From positions 6,666 to 70,665 of the forward strand of contig CAZCYF010000001.1 in the NCBI GenBank assembly GCA_964502835.1: a stretch of DNA of 64,000 bases, given 5' to 3'. This stretch comes from an uncultured Halobacteriales archaeon. GTDB taxonomy: Archaea; Halobacteriota; Halobacteria; Halobacteriales; SKSH01. The notes beneath the pieces are model-generated. The model did no database searches. It worked only from the letters and a program-made list of their open reading frames with translations, and was not told the DNA's origin. Shown in pieces: positions 37,491 through 46,207 of this stretch (its first letter is position 1; every line of letters begins with the position of its first letter). A program made the translations under genes and the position numbers.

Positions 37491-38399
37491 TCACAGCCGA
37501 CGGAGGCGGGTCTGCCAGAAGGAGCGAAAGGCGGCATCGAGCGCGTCCTCGGGACCGCCGGAGGCGTCCACCGTGGCCCGAGCCCTGGACTCGACCGACA
37601 GCACGTCGAGTGCCGACTCCGAACCGGTCAGGATGAGCGGAACCTCAGCGGGTACCGTCTCGAGGAGGTCACGGGCACGGTCGAGGTGGTCCTCGACCTG
37701 TTCGGCGCGACGCCGTTCGAACCGGGCCTGCGAGAAGCCGCCCTTGCTGTGACGTCCCTGGACGTTCGACTCGAAGCCGTCGTGAAACGCGAGATCGTCC
37801 CCGTCGAAACGTCCGAGGGCGGCGAGGTCGTTTCGGACAATTGCGAACCAGTGCGGAGTGTGCGGTACGAACCAGTCGGGCTCGATGTCGAACGTCGACT
37901 GCCACGTCGCGAACGGCTCGGGTGTGACGGGTGGTGACAGGGCGACCTCGATGAGTCCATCCCGATCGAACAGGAGCAGACACGGCGTGGCGCGATCGAC
38001 GAGTGCGACGCGTTCGCCGAAGTGGTCGACGACCGCCTCGGGACGGTCCGCCTCGATCATCGCGGTGTAGGCACCGTCGGGTTCGGTCTCGAATCCCGAG
38101 AGCGCCTCGACGACCCGGCGGGCCGCTCGCGGACCGAGCGTAGCCTCACCGCGCAGCTGCACCTGTTGGTCGCTCCCGGCTCGTTCGAGGTCGGCCTCGA
38201 GCTGTTCGACCCGATCGCGAAGCCGGTTGCGCTCCTCCTGGGCTTCCTGGCGGGCGCGCACCGCCTCCCGGCGCCGCTCGTCCGCCGCCTCTAGCTGTGA
38301 TTCGACCCGCTCGAGCTCCTCGCGGCACTCGGCTAATTCGGCCTCGAGCTCGTCGATCGTCTCCTGCCGGTCCCCCCGATCGAGGAGCCACGAGAACAT
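37491..38399 (-). CDS. eRF1-like / Vms1-Ankzf1-type putative peptidyl-tRNA hydrolase with N-terminal coiled coil
   Basis: The loop GRHSKGGFSQARFERRR (nt 37707-37757) parallels the eRF1 GGQ-loop context (GGQSxxRFxRxR). The N-terminal 75 aa are a heptad-like E/R/L-rich coiled coil. Confidence 0.6.
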   Translation of the reverse strand: MFSWLLDRGDRQETIDELEAELAECREELERVESQLEAADERRREAVRARQEAQEERNRLRDRVEQLEADLERAGSDQQVQLRGEATLGPRAARRVVEALSGFETEPDGAYTAMIEADRPEAVVDHFGERVALVDRATPCLLLFDRDGLIEVALSPPVTPEPFATWQSTFDIEPDWFVPHTPHWFAIVRNDLAALGRFDGDDLAFHDGFESNVQGRHSKGGFSQARFERRRAEQVEDHLDRARDLLETVPAEVPLILTGSESALDVLSVESRARATVDASGGPEDALDAAFRSFWQTRLRRL

Positions 38400-38429
38400 C
38401 CTTGGACGACGCTCGGGCGCGCGCCCTTT

Positions 38430-38789
38430 TTACGTTCCGCCTCGACTCGGCTGGTGTCCGGAGAGCCACAGCATCTGGCGGGCGCGCGCACCCGTCGCCA
38501 GCAGGACACCAGCGACCGTCGGCGGGTTCGATACCGATGTGTCCTCGAGCAACGACTCGGGAACCGCCAACGTCCCCTCGGGAATACCCTCGTCGCCATG
38601 CACGGGGAAGTGGCGTCGACCCAGCTTCATCACGAGCGGTTGGTCCAGGTCGGTGATGCCCTCCTCGTCGTCGACGCACGCCTCGTTCAACCGCTCGAGC
38701 TGGGCCTGTTGCATGACCGAACGGTCCTCGCCGGCCGGGGTGACGAACATCCGGCCGATGTAGTAGCTGTTCGAAAACGGCTCGAACAT
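38430..38789 (-). CDS. Conserved hypothetical protein (DUF5802-like, 119 aa)
   Basis: The N-terminus MFEPFSNSYYIGRMFVTP resembles a haloarchaeal conserved family from memory. No catalytic motif seen. Confidence 0.5.
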   Translation of the reverse strand: MFEPFSNSYYIGRMFVTPAGEDRSVMQQAQLERLNEACVDDEEGITDLDQPLVMKLGRRHFPVHGDEGIPEGTLAVPESLLEDTSVSNPPTVAGVLLATGARARQMLWLSGHQPSRGGT

Positions 38790-38910
38790 GCGATGTCATA
38801 CCAATCGTGATGACCCCCTCAAAAAGGTATCGCCGGTGTGTGTCCGGGTGGTCCAGCTACCGAAGCCTCGGCAGTCACGCTTTTCCACGCTCGCGTCCTA
38901 ACCCTCCCAT

Positions 38911-39564
38911 ATGGAATCCGCCGAGTTGCTCGACTTACTTGGCAACGATACCCGCCGGCGGATTCTCTCCCTGTTGGCCCAAAAGCCCTGTTACGTGACG
39001 GAGATCAGCGAGGCGACCGGCGTTAGCCCCAAGGCGGTCATCGACCACCTTGAGCGCCTCGAGGATGCCGGCCTCATCGAGTATCGCAACACCGACGACC
39101 GGCGGAAGTACTTCTCGATCGTGCAGTCCCAGCGGCTCGAGATCACGATCGGGCCCCATCAGTTCGGCGCGACCAACGGCTATCTGCCCCCCCGTGCGGT
39201 TGGTGATCACAAGTTCTCGCGTCTGGAGATCGACGTCCCGACGACGGACGATGCGGACGACCCCCGGCAGTTGCTCGACGCACTGGATCGGTTTCAGCAG
39301 GTCGCCTCAGAGTTGTCACGCGCCCAACGGTGCGTCCACGGCGAGATCGACCAGTTGTATGACGCCCTCATCTCGGTCCTGTTCGACGGGCGCGGGACGC
39401 GCCTGGACGTCGATATCATCCGGGCGCTCGATGCCGACCCGATGACCGTCGAGGAGCTCGCCCGAGAGGTCTCCGTCGATCGCCGTACGATCGATCGCCG
39501 CCTGCGACAGCTCGCCAGCGCCGGCTTGGCCAAGCCCACCGCCGATGGATGGGTGCGGACGTGA
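38911..39564 (+). CDS. ArsR-family winged-helix transcription regulator with a second C-terminal wHTH-like domain
   Basis: N-terminal LLGNDTRRRILSLLAQKPCYVTEISEATGVSPKAVIDHLERLEDAGLI. The C-terminal IIRALDADPMTVEELAREVSVDRRTIDRRLRQLASAGL is wHTH-like. Confidence 0.8.
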   Translation: MESAELLDLLGNDTRRRILSLLAQKPCYVTEISEATGVSPKAVIDHLERLEDAGLIEYRNTDDRRKYFSIVQSQRLEITIGPHQFGATNGYLPPRAVGDHKFSRLEIDVPTTDDADDPRQLLDALDRFQQVASELSRAQRCVHGEIDQLYDALISVLFDGRGTRLDVDIIRALDADPMTVEELAREVSVDRRTIDRRLRQLASAGLAKPTADGWVRT

Positions 39565-39615
39565 CGGGCCCGGCGAACCGCATCGCTTGAGTTCGCCCAC
39601 GTCGAAGGCCACCCT

Positions 39616-40857
39616 ATGGACCCCGGTGATCGCGTCCGCGTCGAGGTCGAAGGTACCACGCACGAGGGTGTCGTGATGCCCTCTTCGACGCGGTCGACGT
39701 TGGTGCTCAAAGAGCCCGACGGCTATAACGTCGGCATCGACCGCTCGACCGCCGACGTCGAGGTGCTCTCACGCGAAGCGACGCCGATCGACCGCGACGC
39801 CGCACACGGTGAGTCGACGGTGTCGTTCGATGAGGATCTGCCCGAGATTGCGCTCATCTCGACCGGTGGGACGATCGCCTCGACGGTGGATTACCGCACC
39901 GGTGCCGTGACCGCCCGGTTCGACGCCGAGGACGTCCTCCGGGCGGTACCCGAGCTGGCCGGTCGGGCCAACTACCGGGGCCGCGTCGTCGCGAACATCC
40001 TCTCGGAGAACATGACGCCAGCCGTCTGGCAGGACCTCGCCCGGGCCATCCACGACGAGATCGAGGCCGGTGTTGAGGGGGTCGTCGTGATGCACGGTAC
40101 GGACACGATGCACTACACCGCGGCGGCCATCTCGTTCATGCTCGACACCCCGGTTCCGATCGTCTTTACCGGCAGCCAGCGGTCGGCCGATCGGCCGTCC
40201 TCCGACAACGTCATGAACGCGGTCTGTGCCGTCGAGGCCGCGAAGGCCGACTGCGCCGAGGTGTTGATTTGTATGCACGCCACCGAGAGCGACGACCGGT
40301 GTGCCCTGCACCGGGGCACCCGTGCGCGCAAGAACCACACGAGCCGTCGCGACGCCTTCGAGACCGTCGGTGGCCACCCCCTCGGGACCGTCGATGCCGA
40401 CGACGGGAGCGTCACCCTCGTCGGCCGCGTCACCTCGCGTGACGAGCCCGACCTGGCCCTGGCGGCCGATCTCGAACCGGACGTCGAGCTGCTCAAGGTG
40501 ACGCCCGGAATGGACCCCACAGTGTTCGACCATCTGGCGGAGGCCGAGGGACTCGTCATCGAGGGGACCGGCCTCGGGCACGTCAACACCGACCACATCG
40601 ATCGGGTCGCGGCCCTGGTTGAGGGCGGCACGCCCGTCGTGATGACGAGTCAGTGCCTCGAGGGGCGCATCTGCGATCGCGTCTACGATACCGGCCGCGA
40701 CCTGCTCGAGGCGGGCGTCATCGAGGGCGAGGACATGTTGCCCGAGGTGGCCCTGGTCAAGCTGATGTGGACCCTCGCCAACGCGGACGCGGTGGCCGAG
40801 ACGATGCGCGAGCCGCTGGCCGGCGAGCTGACCGACCGGTCGGTCCCCTGGACATGA
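39616..40857 (+). CDS. gatD: Glu-tRNA(Gln) amidotransferase subunit D
   Basis: N-terminal GatD-specific domain followed by asparaginase-type motifs ISTGGTIAS and HGTDTM. About 413 aa. Confidence 0.9.
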   Translation: MDPGDRVRVEVEGTTHEGVVMPSSTRSTLVLKEPDGYNVGIDRSTADVEVLSREATPIDRDAAHGESTVSFDEDLPEIALISTGGTIASTVDYRTGAVTARFDAEDVLRAVPELAGRANYRGRVVANILSENMTPAVWQDLARAIHDEIEAGVEGVVVMHGTDTMHYTAAAISFMLDTPVPIVFTGSQRSADRPSSDNVMNAVCAVEAAKADCAEVLICMHATESDDRCALHRGTRARKNHTSRRDAFETVGGHPLGTVDADDGSVTLVGRVTSRDEPDLALAADLEPDVELLKVTPGMDPTVFDHLAEAEGLVIEGTGLGHVNTDHIDRVAALVEGGTPVVMTSQCLEGRICDRVYDTGRDLLEAGVIEGEDMLPEVALVKLMWTLANADAVAETMREPLAGELTDRSVPWT

Positions 40858-41834
40858 CCGACGAGGTCACCATCCGAGAGGCGGTCGAGGCGGACCACGC
40901 GGACGTCCGGTCGATCACGGCGGACACGTGGCCAGATCGCCCAGGGGGCGATTATCTCGGTCGCGTCTATCCCCGCTGGCTCGACCACGGCTCCCGGCCA
41001 AAACGGACGCTCGTGGCCGAACACGAGGGACAGGTCGTTGCCATCGCCCAATGCGTATTGCTGACCGAGCACGAGGCCTGGGGCCAGGGGCTGCGGGTCC
41101 ACCCGGACCATCGCGGCCGTGGGTTGAGCCGACGGCTCACGAGTGAACTCTTCGACTGGGCCCGATCACGGGATGCCGGCGTGGTTCGCGCGCTCGTCCA
41201 TGGCTGGAACGCGGCGGGCCTCGGCCAGTCCCGATCCACGGGCTACCAGCCCGTCGGAACGTTCCGGTGGGTGCATCCCGAGCCTGGGCAGACGGATCGC
41301 GCCCGGACGGCGGTCAGGGACCAACCGGCGATCGACGTCGAGTCAATCTCGGTTAGGGCCGATCCGACCAGTGCCTGGGTCGGTCGCAATCGGTCACCGG
41401 GGTCGGCGGTCCTCGGTGGCCTCGGGCTGTCGCTCGAGGAGAGTTGGGCCCTCGTCGAACTCACGCCCTCGCTGCTCGAGCGGGCGGCGAGCCAGGAATC
41501 GGTGATCACGGTTCACGATGCGACCGGCGTCGCAGGGATGACGTACCGATCACGGGTCTACGAACACGAGGGTGACGACGGCGACCAGGAGACGGTCGCG
41601 GAGTACGGCTACGCGAGCTGGTCTGGGCTGGCCGCCGGCGCGACGCTGTTCGACGCCATTGGGGGTGATGCAGGCGAGGTCGGTGCCGATCGTGTCAGAG
41701 TGGCCGTGCCCGAGACGGCCGGTGTCGTCAGCGAAGCCGCGCTCTATCGCGCCGACGTGACCGAGTATCCCGAGGTGGTCATGGAGGCCGACCTGCTCGG
41801 ATCGGCGGGCAATCCCGCTCGAAGACGGCGCTGA
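40854..41834 (+). CDS. GNAT-family N-acetyltransferase with a C-terminal extension of about 170 aa
   Basis: Acetyl-CoA motif A LRVHPDHRGRGLSRRL. The ATG at 40854 overlaps the gatD stop (ATGA). Confidence 0.7.
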   Translation: MTDEVTIREAVEADHADVRSITADTWPDRPGGDYLGRVYPRWLDHGSRPKRTLVAEHEGQVVAIAQCVLLTEHEAWGQGLRVHPDHRGRGLSRRLTSELFDWARSRDAGVVRALVHGWNAAGLGQSRSTGYQPVGTFRWVHPEPGQTDRARTAVRDQPAIDVESISVRADPTSAWVGRNRSPGSAVLGGLGLSLEESWALVELTPSLLERAASQESVITVHDATGVAGMTYRSRVYEHEGDDGDQETVAEYGYASWSGLAAGATLFDAIGGDAGEVGADRVRVAVPETAGVVSEAALYRADVTEYPEVVMEADLLGSAGNPARRRR

Positions 41835-41841
41835 GACGGCC

Positions 41842-42117
41842 TTATCCGCCGCTGACCGGCGGAAAGAGCGCCAGTTCGTCGTCGGGATCGACGGAGGTGT
41901 CCAGCCCCTCGGCCTCCGTGGAGACGTTGCGGCCGTTGCGTAAGATCGTCAGGTGATCGGCGAGCTCGCCAGCATCGAAGACGTGCGCCTCGAGCGCGGG
42001 CTCGGCCGCCACGAGGGCCGCCAAGGCGTCCGAAACGGTCGCCTCGTCGCCGGGATCGACGGCGATCCGGCGCGCGCCGGCCACCTCCGCGAGATCGGCA
42101 AACAGCCGCCATTCCAT
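41842..42117 (-). CDS. MoaD/ThiS-fold small archaeal modifier protein (SAMP-like), C-terminal diglycine
   Basis: 91 aa with a beta-grasp-type pattern, ending ...ELALFPPVSGG directly before the stop. Confidence 0.75.
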   Translation of the reverse strand: MEWRLFADLAEVAGARRIAVDPGDEATVSDALAALVAAEPALEAHVFDAGELADHLTILRNGRNVSTEAEGLDTSVDPDDELALFPPVSGG

Positions 42118-42139
42118 GTGGCGTGGCTAGGTCGAGGGG

Positions 42140-43279
42140 TCAGGAAGTACCTTGCGCTGCGGCGGCGAACCGACGCAACTCGTCGGGGCGGCCGACGGCC
42201 AGCACGCGCTGTCCCGCCTCGAAGGTGGTGTCGGCGGCTGGTGGCGCGTCGAGGGTGCCAGCGGCGTCCTCGATCGCCAGGATGGACACCTCGACGTCGG
42301 CCACGGTCCGGCCGGGCAGGTCCCCATCCCCCGTGATGGTGAACTCCTCGGCAGTCTCGTTGGCTCGGCGGAGAATCGCGACAAACTCGCGGTCGACGTT
42401 TCGCGCCTCGGGGACGGTTTCGAGCCGATATCCCGCCTCTGCTTGGAGCAACGAGAGCGCCTCCTCCGGAACGCTCACGGTGGCGACGTCGGCCACGACG
42501 CCCCGGAGCTCGCCGGTGGCGACCCGTTCTGGGTCGCCGTCGGTTCGCCAGATTCGCACCTGATCGCCGGGGCTCGAGCGATACGCCGGGTCCGCACGGA
42601 TCGCGAGCGCAACTCGTCCGGGTGCCAGCGTGTGGCCAACCCCGGCTTGTCCCCGGCCCACGGCGAGGTACGTGATCGCCCCGTCCTCGGCGAACTCAAC
42701 GTCGACCTTTCCCACCCCGAAGTCGCGCTCAAGCCGGTGCACGAAGGTGTCGTGCAGTTCTGCAAACGTGAGGCGGCCGGGGAAGGTGAGCACCCGTCCC
42801 GCCAGGTCCTCCTTGAGTTCGGGCTTGACGGGTTCGTATCCGTCCATGTCAGCGATCGTCTCGGGGAGTTCGACACGAAGGACCCGCCCGCCACCCTTCA
42901 CGAAGGCCGATATATCGCGATCGAGGCCGCCCATGGACAGCCCCGTTCCGAACCGATCGCCAAGCGCATCGCCCACGTGGCGGCCCGCTTCGGAGGCGAT
43001 CCCTCCGAGCAGGAGGGAACCGATCGTGAACAGCCCCGAGCTGATATCGAGCAGATCGGATGAACCGACGATGGAGTCGCCGAGGGAGGCGGTCGTGTTC
43101 AGGGTGATCGCGATGGCACTCGCACCGAGAAAGAGCGTAACCCCCTGCGGGACGGATTCTGCGAGATACCAGCGATAGACGGCTGCCACCGCGAGGCTCA
43201 CGATGCCGGCCAACAGGGCCAATGCTACGATTCGACCCCCGAGGCCGACGGCTTCGTCGACCGTCTGGGCGACGATCAT
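42140..43279 (-). CDS. Membrane protein with cytoplasmic TrkA-C (RCK_C)-like domains
   Basis: N-terminal hydrophobic helices. The C-terminal segment FTITGDGDLPGRTVADVEVSILAIEDAAG...FEAGQRVLAVGRPDELRRF fits the RCK_C pattern. ATGA overlap with the upstream paralogue. Confidence 0.65.
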   Translation of the reverse strand: MIVAQTVDEAVGLGGRIVALALLAGIVSLAVAAVYRWYLAESVPQGVTLFLGASAIAITLNTTASLGDSIVGSSDLLDISSGLFTIGSLLLGGIASEAGRHVGDALGDRFGTGLSMGGLDRDISAFVKGGGRVLRVELPETIADMDGYEPVKPELKEDLAGRVLTFPGRLTFAELHDTFVHRLERDFGVGKVDVEFAEDGAITYLAVGRGQAGVGHTLAPGRVALAIRADPAYRSSPGDQVRIWRTDGDPERVATGELRGVVADVATVSVPEEALSLLQAEAGYRLETVPEARNVDREFVAILRRANETAEEFTITGDGDLPGRTVADVEVSILAIEDAAGTLDAPPAADTTFEAGQRVLAVGRPDELRRFAAAAQGTS

Positions 43280-44493
43280 CGGAGGGCCTCCTCGAGGGCC
43301 GCCGTCGCGTCTGGCTGGCCGACCGCGATGAGTTCGTCACCCGCGACGGTCCGAACCTCGCCGTCGGGGTCGATCTGCCAGTCACGGCCCCGAGCATCCG
43401 CCGCGCTCGGTGCCGGATACCGGGCAAGGATGCGCACACCGGTCGCCACCGCCACCGACGCGAGTGGTTGACCGGCCCCATCGTGGCTGACGGTAACGGC
43501 GACGAACCGATTCCCCGCGGACCGCAATCGCCGTACGGCCTCGAACTCGAGGCCCGATCCACGCGGCAACACGACGATCCGCGCGCGATCGATGCCAAGC
43601 AAGTACCGAGCCTCCTCGGGGGTGACCGCCACGGCCACCGACCCCTCCCCGCCGGTCGTGCGTGGGGCCGTCGACATGGGTGCCACGGCGTCCTCGGCCG
43701 GGCCACCACCCGGGGTTGCTATCGCACCTGCGTCGGGCGAGGAACGCGCGCTGAGGACGGTCCCATCGATCCGGCGATCCTCGGTCACCACCGCGACGCG
43801 CTCCCCTCGGGCGATGCCGGTCGGGACGAGACCGCGCACCGAAACGGTCCGCCGCCCGCTGGGCGTCGCGAGGGAGAGTGATCCCAATGGCGGCGCAGCC
43901 GCAATCCGAGCCCGACCGTGAACGTCGATGCGCACCTCGACGGCCGCGAGATCGTACCGGGTCCGCAGTCGTTCCTCAAGGCTGCGCTCGATCGCCTCGA
44001 TCGGTACGTCCGCGGCGAATTCCCACCGGTCGGCGGCTATCTCGGCCCGGAGCTCCTCCCCGAGTGGCGGATACCCCTCGAGGTCGTTCACATCGCCGAT
44101 CGGTTCGATTTCGACCCGGCCGATGCCACCCACGTCGAAGATGGCCTCGCCGGAGAGCGTCCGCTTGCCGAGTTCGCGCAGGGAAAACCGCCGCGGAAGG
44201 CGTTCGCCGAGTCGGTCGCCCTGGGCATGAGCGTACAACGAGAGCATCATGACGACGACCACCGCCGACAGCAACCGTGGCGATTGGGAGATGGTCGGAT
44301 CGACGAGGCCAAGCAGCCCGCCATTGACGCCGGCGATCGCCACCGCCAGGACGACCACCCCGAGCCCGGGGAGGGTCACGCCCGTCACGTACCGGAACAA
44401 AAAGCCAAGGACACCGGCGACGAGCGCCGGCACGATCCCGGTGAGCAGGCCGAGATAGATGCCGAGAAAGAGCTCGACGAGCAGCGGTGCCAT
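43276..44493 (-). CDS. Membrane protein with cytoplasmic TrkA-C (RCK_C)-like domains (paralogue of the downstream gene)
   Basis: Three to four N-terminal helices. RCK_C-like segments include VAVTVSHDGAGQPLASVAVATGVRILAR...VAGDELIAVGQPDATAALEEAL. Confidence 0.65.
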   Translation of the reverse strand: MAPLLVELFLGIYLGLLTGIVPALVAGVLGFLFRYVTGVTLPGLGVVVLAVAIAGVNGGLLGLVDPTISQSPRLLSAVVVVMMLSLYAHAQGDRLGERLPRRFSLRELGKRTLSGEAIFDVGGIGRVEIEPIGDVNDLEGYPPLGEELRAEIAADRWEFAADVPIEAIERSLEERLRTRYDLAAVEVRIDVHGRARIAAAPPLGSLSLATPSGRRTVSVRGLVPTGIARGERVAVVTEDRRIDGTVLSARSSPDAGAIATPGGGPAEDAVAPMSTAPRTTGGEGSVAVAVTPEEARYLLGIDRARIVVLPRGSGLEFEAVRRLRSAGNRFVAVTVSHDGAGQPLASVAVATGVRILARYPAPSAADARGRDWQIDPDGEVRTVAGDELIAVGQPDATAALEEALR

Positions 44494-44525
44494 GGGTCGG
44501 TCGAGGGCAGTGACCCGTAAAACGG

Positions 44526-45260
44526 TTACCGAGCCGCGGGGAGGCGGGTGACCGCATCGAGGGCGATGTCGATCGCCGAACCCACGGCGTCAGCGGCCGC
44601 TGCGGGTAGCTCGTGATCGTCGTCGGTCTCGCCCTTTTGGGTGCCGTGCACGAGGTTGCCGTCGACCGAGCAGATCGCCCCCGCGCGACCGCCACGGCGT
44701 CTGGCGATGGTGAACAGCGCCGCCGCCTCCATCTCGACGGCCAACAAATTGGCCGCTGACCAGGCCTCCACGTAGTCGTCCGTCTCGGCGTAGAACGCGT
44801 CGTCCGTGACGATCGGGCCGACGTGGGTGTCTCGCTCGCCAGCGGCTGCCCGAAGGGCCGTCGTCACGGACGGGTCCGCCACGGCCGGGACGGTCGCGGA
44901 CTCATACCGCTTGGTCGTCCCCTCGTCCTTGGCGGCGGCCGTCGCGATGACGTGGTCGCCGACGTCGATCTCCGGTTGTAACGCGCCGCAGGTGCCGACT
45001 CTGAGGAACGTCTCGACGCCGACGGTGGCGAGTTCCTCCGCCGCAATGGCCGCCGAGGGGGAGCCGATCCCGGTCGAACAGATGGTGATCGGCCGGCCAT
45101 CGAAGGTGGCATTCACCACGGTGTACTCCCGATTCGAACGCAATCGGTGCTGGTCGTCACAGGCGGCCGCGATCCGCTCGACCCGGTCCGGATCACCGGG
45201 GAGGATCGCCACGTCCGCGACGTCACCCGGGTCGACGAGGAGATGTGGCTGCGTGCCCAT
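44526..45260 (-). CDS. Nucleoside phosphorylase (PNP/UDP family 1, uridine or purine nucleoside phosphorylase)
   Basis: ILPGDPDR, STGIGSPSAAIAAEEL, RVGTCG and VEMEAAAL motifs. Start trimmed to the ATG at 45260. Confidence 0.8.
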   Translation of the reverse strand: MGTQPHLLVDPGDVADVAILPGDPDRVERIAAACDDQHRLRSNREYTVVNATFDGRPITICSTGIGSPSAAIAAEELATVGVETFLRVGTCGALQPEIDVGDHVIATAAAKDEGTTKRYESATVPAVADPSVTTALRAAAGERDTHVGPIVTDDAFYAETDDYVEAWSAANLLAVEMEAAALFTIARRRGGRAGAICSVDGNLVHGTQKGETDDDHELPAAAADAVGSAIDIALDAVTRLPAAR

Positions 45261-45297
45261 GCACCATCTCCCGCCGGGTCCGCAAAAAAGCCGTAGG

Positions 45298-46122
45298 CTA
45301 GCCGCCAACGATGAACAAGAGGAGGTTGTGCACGCCCGGCGCGAGTCCGAGGGCCGCCACGCCGATCAGCACGAGGCGGGCGAGGCTCGGCGCCTCCTCC
45401 ATGGGCTCACGAATCAGCGCGACGATGACGAGCGCGAGGCCGACCTTCAAGAGGACGAACGGCCAGCTCTCGCCGAGGAGGTCGGCCGTGGGGAGACCGC
45501 CCCACCAGCCGATCAACGCATCAACGATCGGCGACCGCTCTGCACCGCCGAGGACGTCCAGGCCGATGACGGTCGTGACGCCATCGAGCGTGTGGGCGAC
45601 GATAACGAGCAAGCCGCCGATGCCCGTGGTGTCGGCGGCCGAGGGATACCAGTGCCGAAGGCTCAGCCAGGACGCCGCGGTGATGATGCCCGTCGCCGCG
45701 AGGGCGATCGCCGGCCACGTCAGCGAGAGGGTCCCCTCGCCGAGGCCGATGCCGACCAGTCGCCCCATGACCACCATGGCAAGGACCACCCCAACGATGC
45801 CGAGGTCGGCGGCGGGTCGCCGGTCGCGTCCGATGGTGACGGTTTCGGCCGCTATCAGCCAGACGCCTCCGGTTGCCGCGGCCAACGAGAGATAGACCAT
45901 CGGAACGCCCACCAGCGGGGCGATGGCCTCGGGGAGACCGTCGACCTGGTACAACACGTGTGCCCCGGCACCGGCGACCATCCAGGGGACGGTCGCGACG
46001 ACCACGCCATCGGTGACGGTCGGTTTCCGATGCCACAAGAGGCCGGCTACGAGGCCGAGGGCCACCAGCACCGGGACGACGTACGTCGGTGCCGGTAGGG
46101 CGAAGCCCTCGGGCAGGACCAT
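45298..46122 (-). CDS. DUF63-like polytopic membrane protein
   Basis: About 274 aa with 7-8 hydrophobic helices. The ATG at 46122 (MVLPEGF) is verified. The track ORF extension to 46845 is antisense to the next gene and has R/S/P-rich shadow composition. Confidence 0.6.
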   Translation of the reverse strand: MVLPEGFALPAPTYVVPVLVALGLVAGLLWHRKPTVTDGVVVATVPWMVAGAGAHVLYQVDGLPEAIAPLVGVPMVYLSLAAATGGVWLIAAETVTIGRDRRPAADLGIVGVVLAMVVMGRLVGIGLGEGTLSLTWPAIALAATGIITAASWLSLRHWYPSAADTTGIGGLLVIVAHTLDGVTTVIGLDVLGGAERSPIVDALIGWWGGLPTADLLGESWPFVLLKVGLALVIVALIREPMEEAPSLARLVLIGVAALGLAPGVHNLLLFIVGG

Positions 46123-46207
46123 GCATGCGATGGGCCCAGACCGCTCGAAAAGGTACCGGTCCCCCGCGGGATTTTTGACCCCGTACCGCCTCGGTGGGAC
46201 CGTTCGG

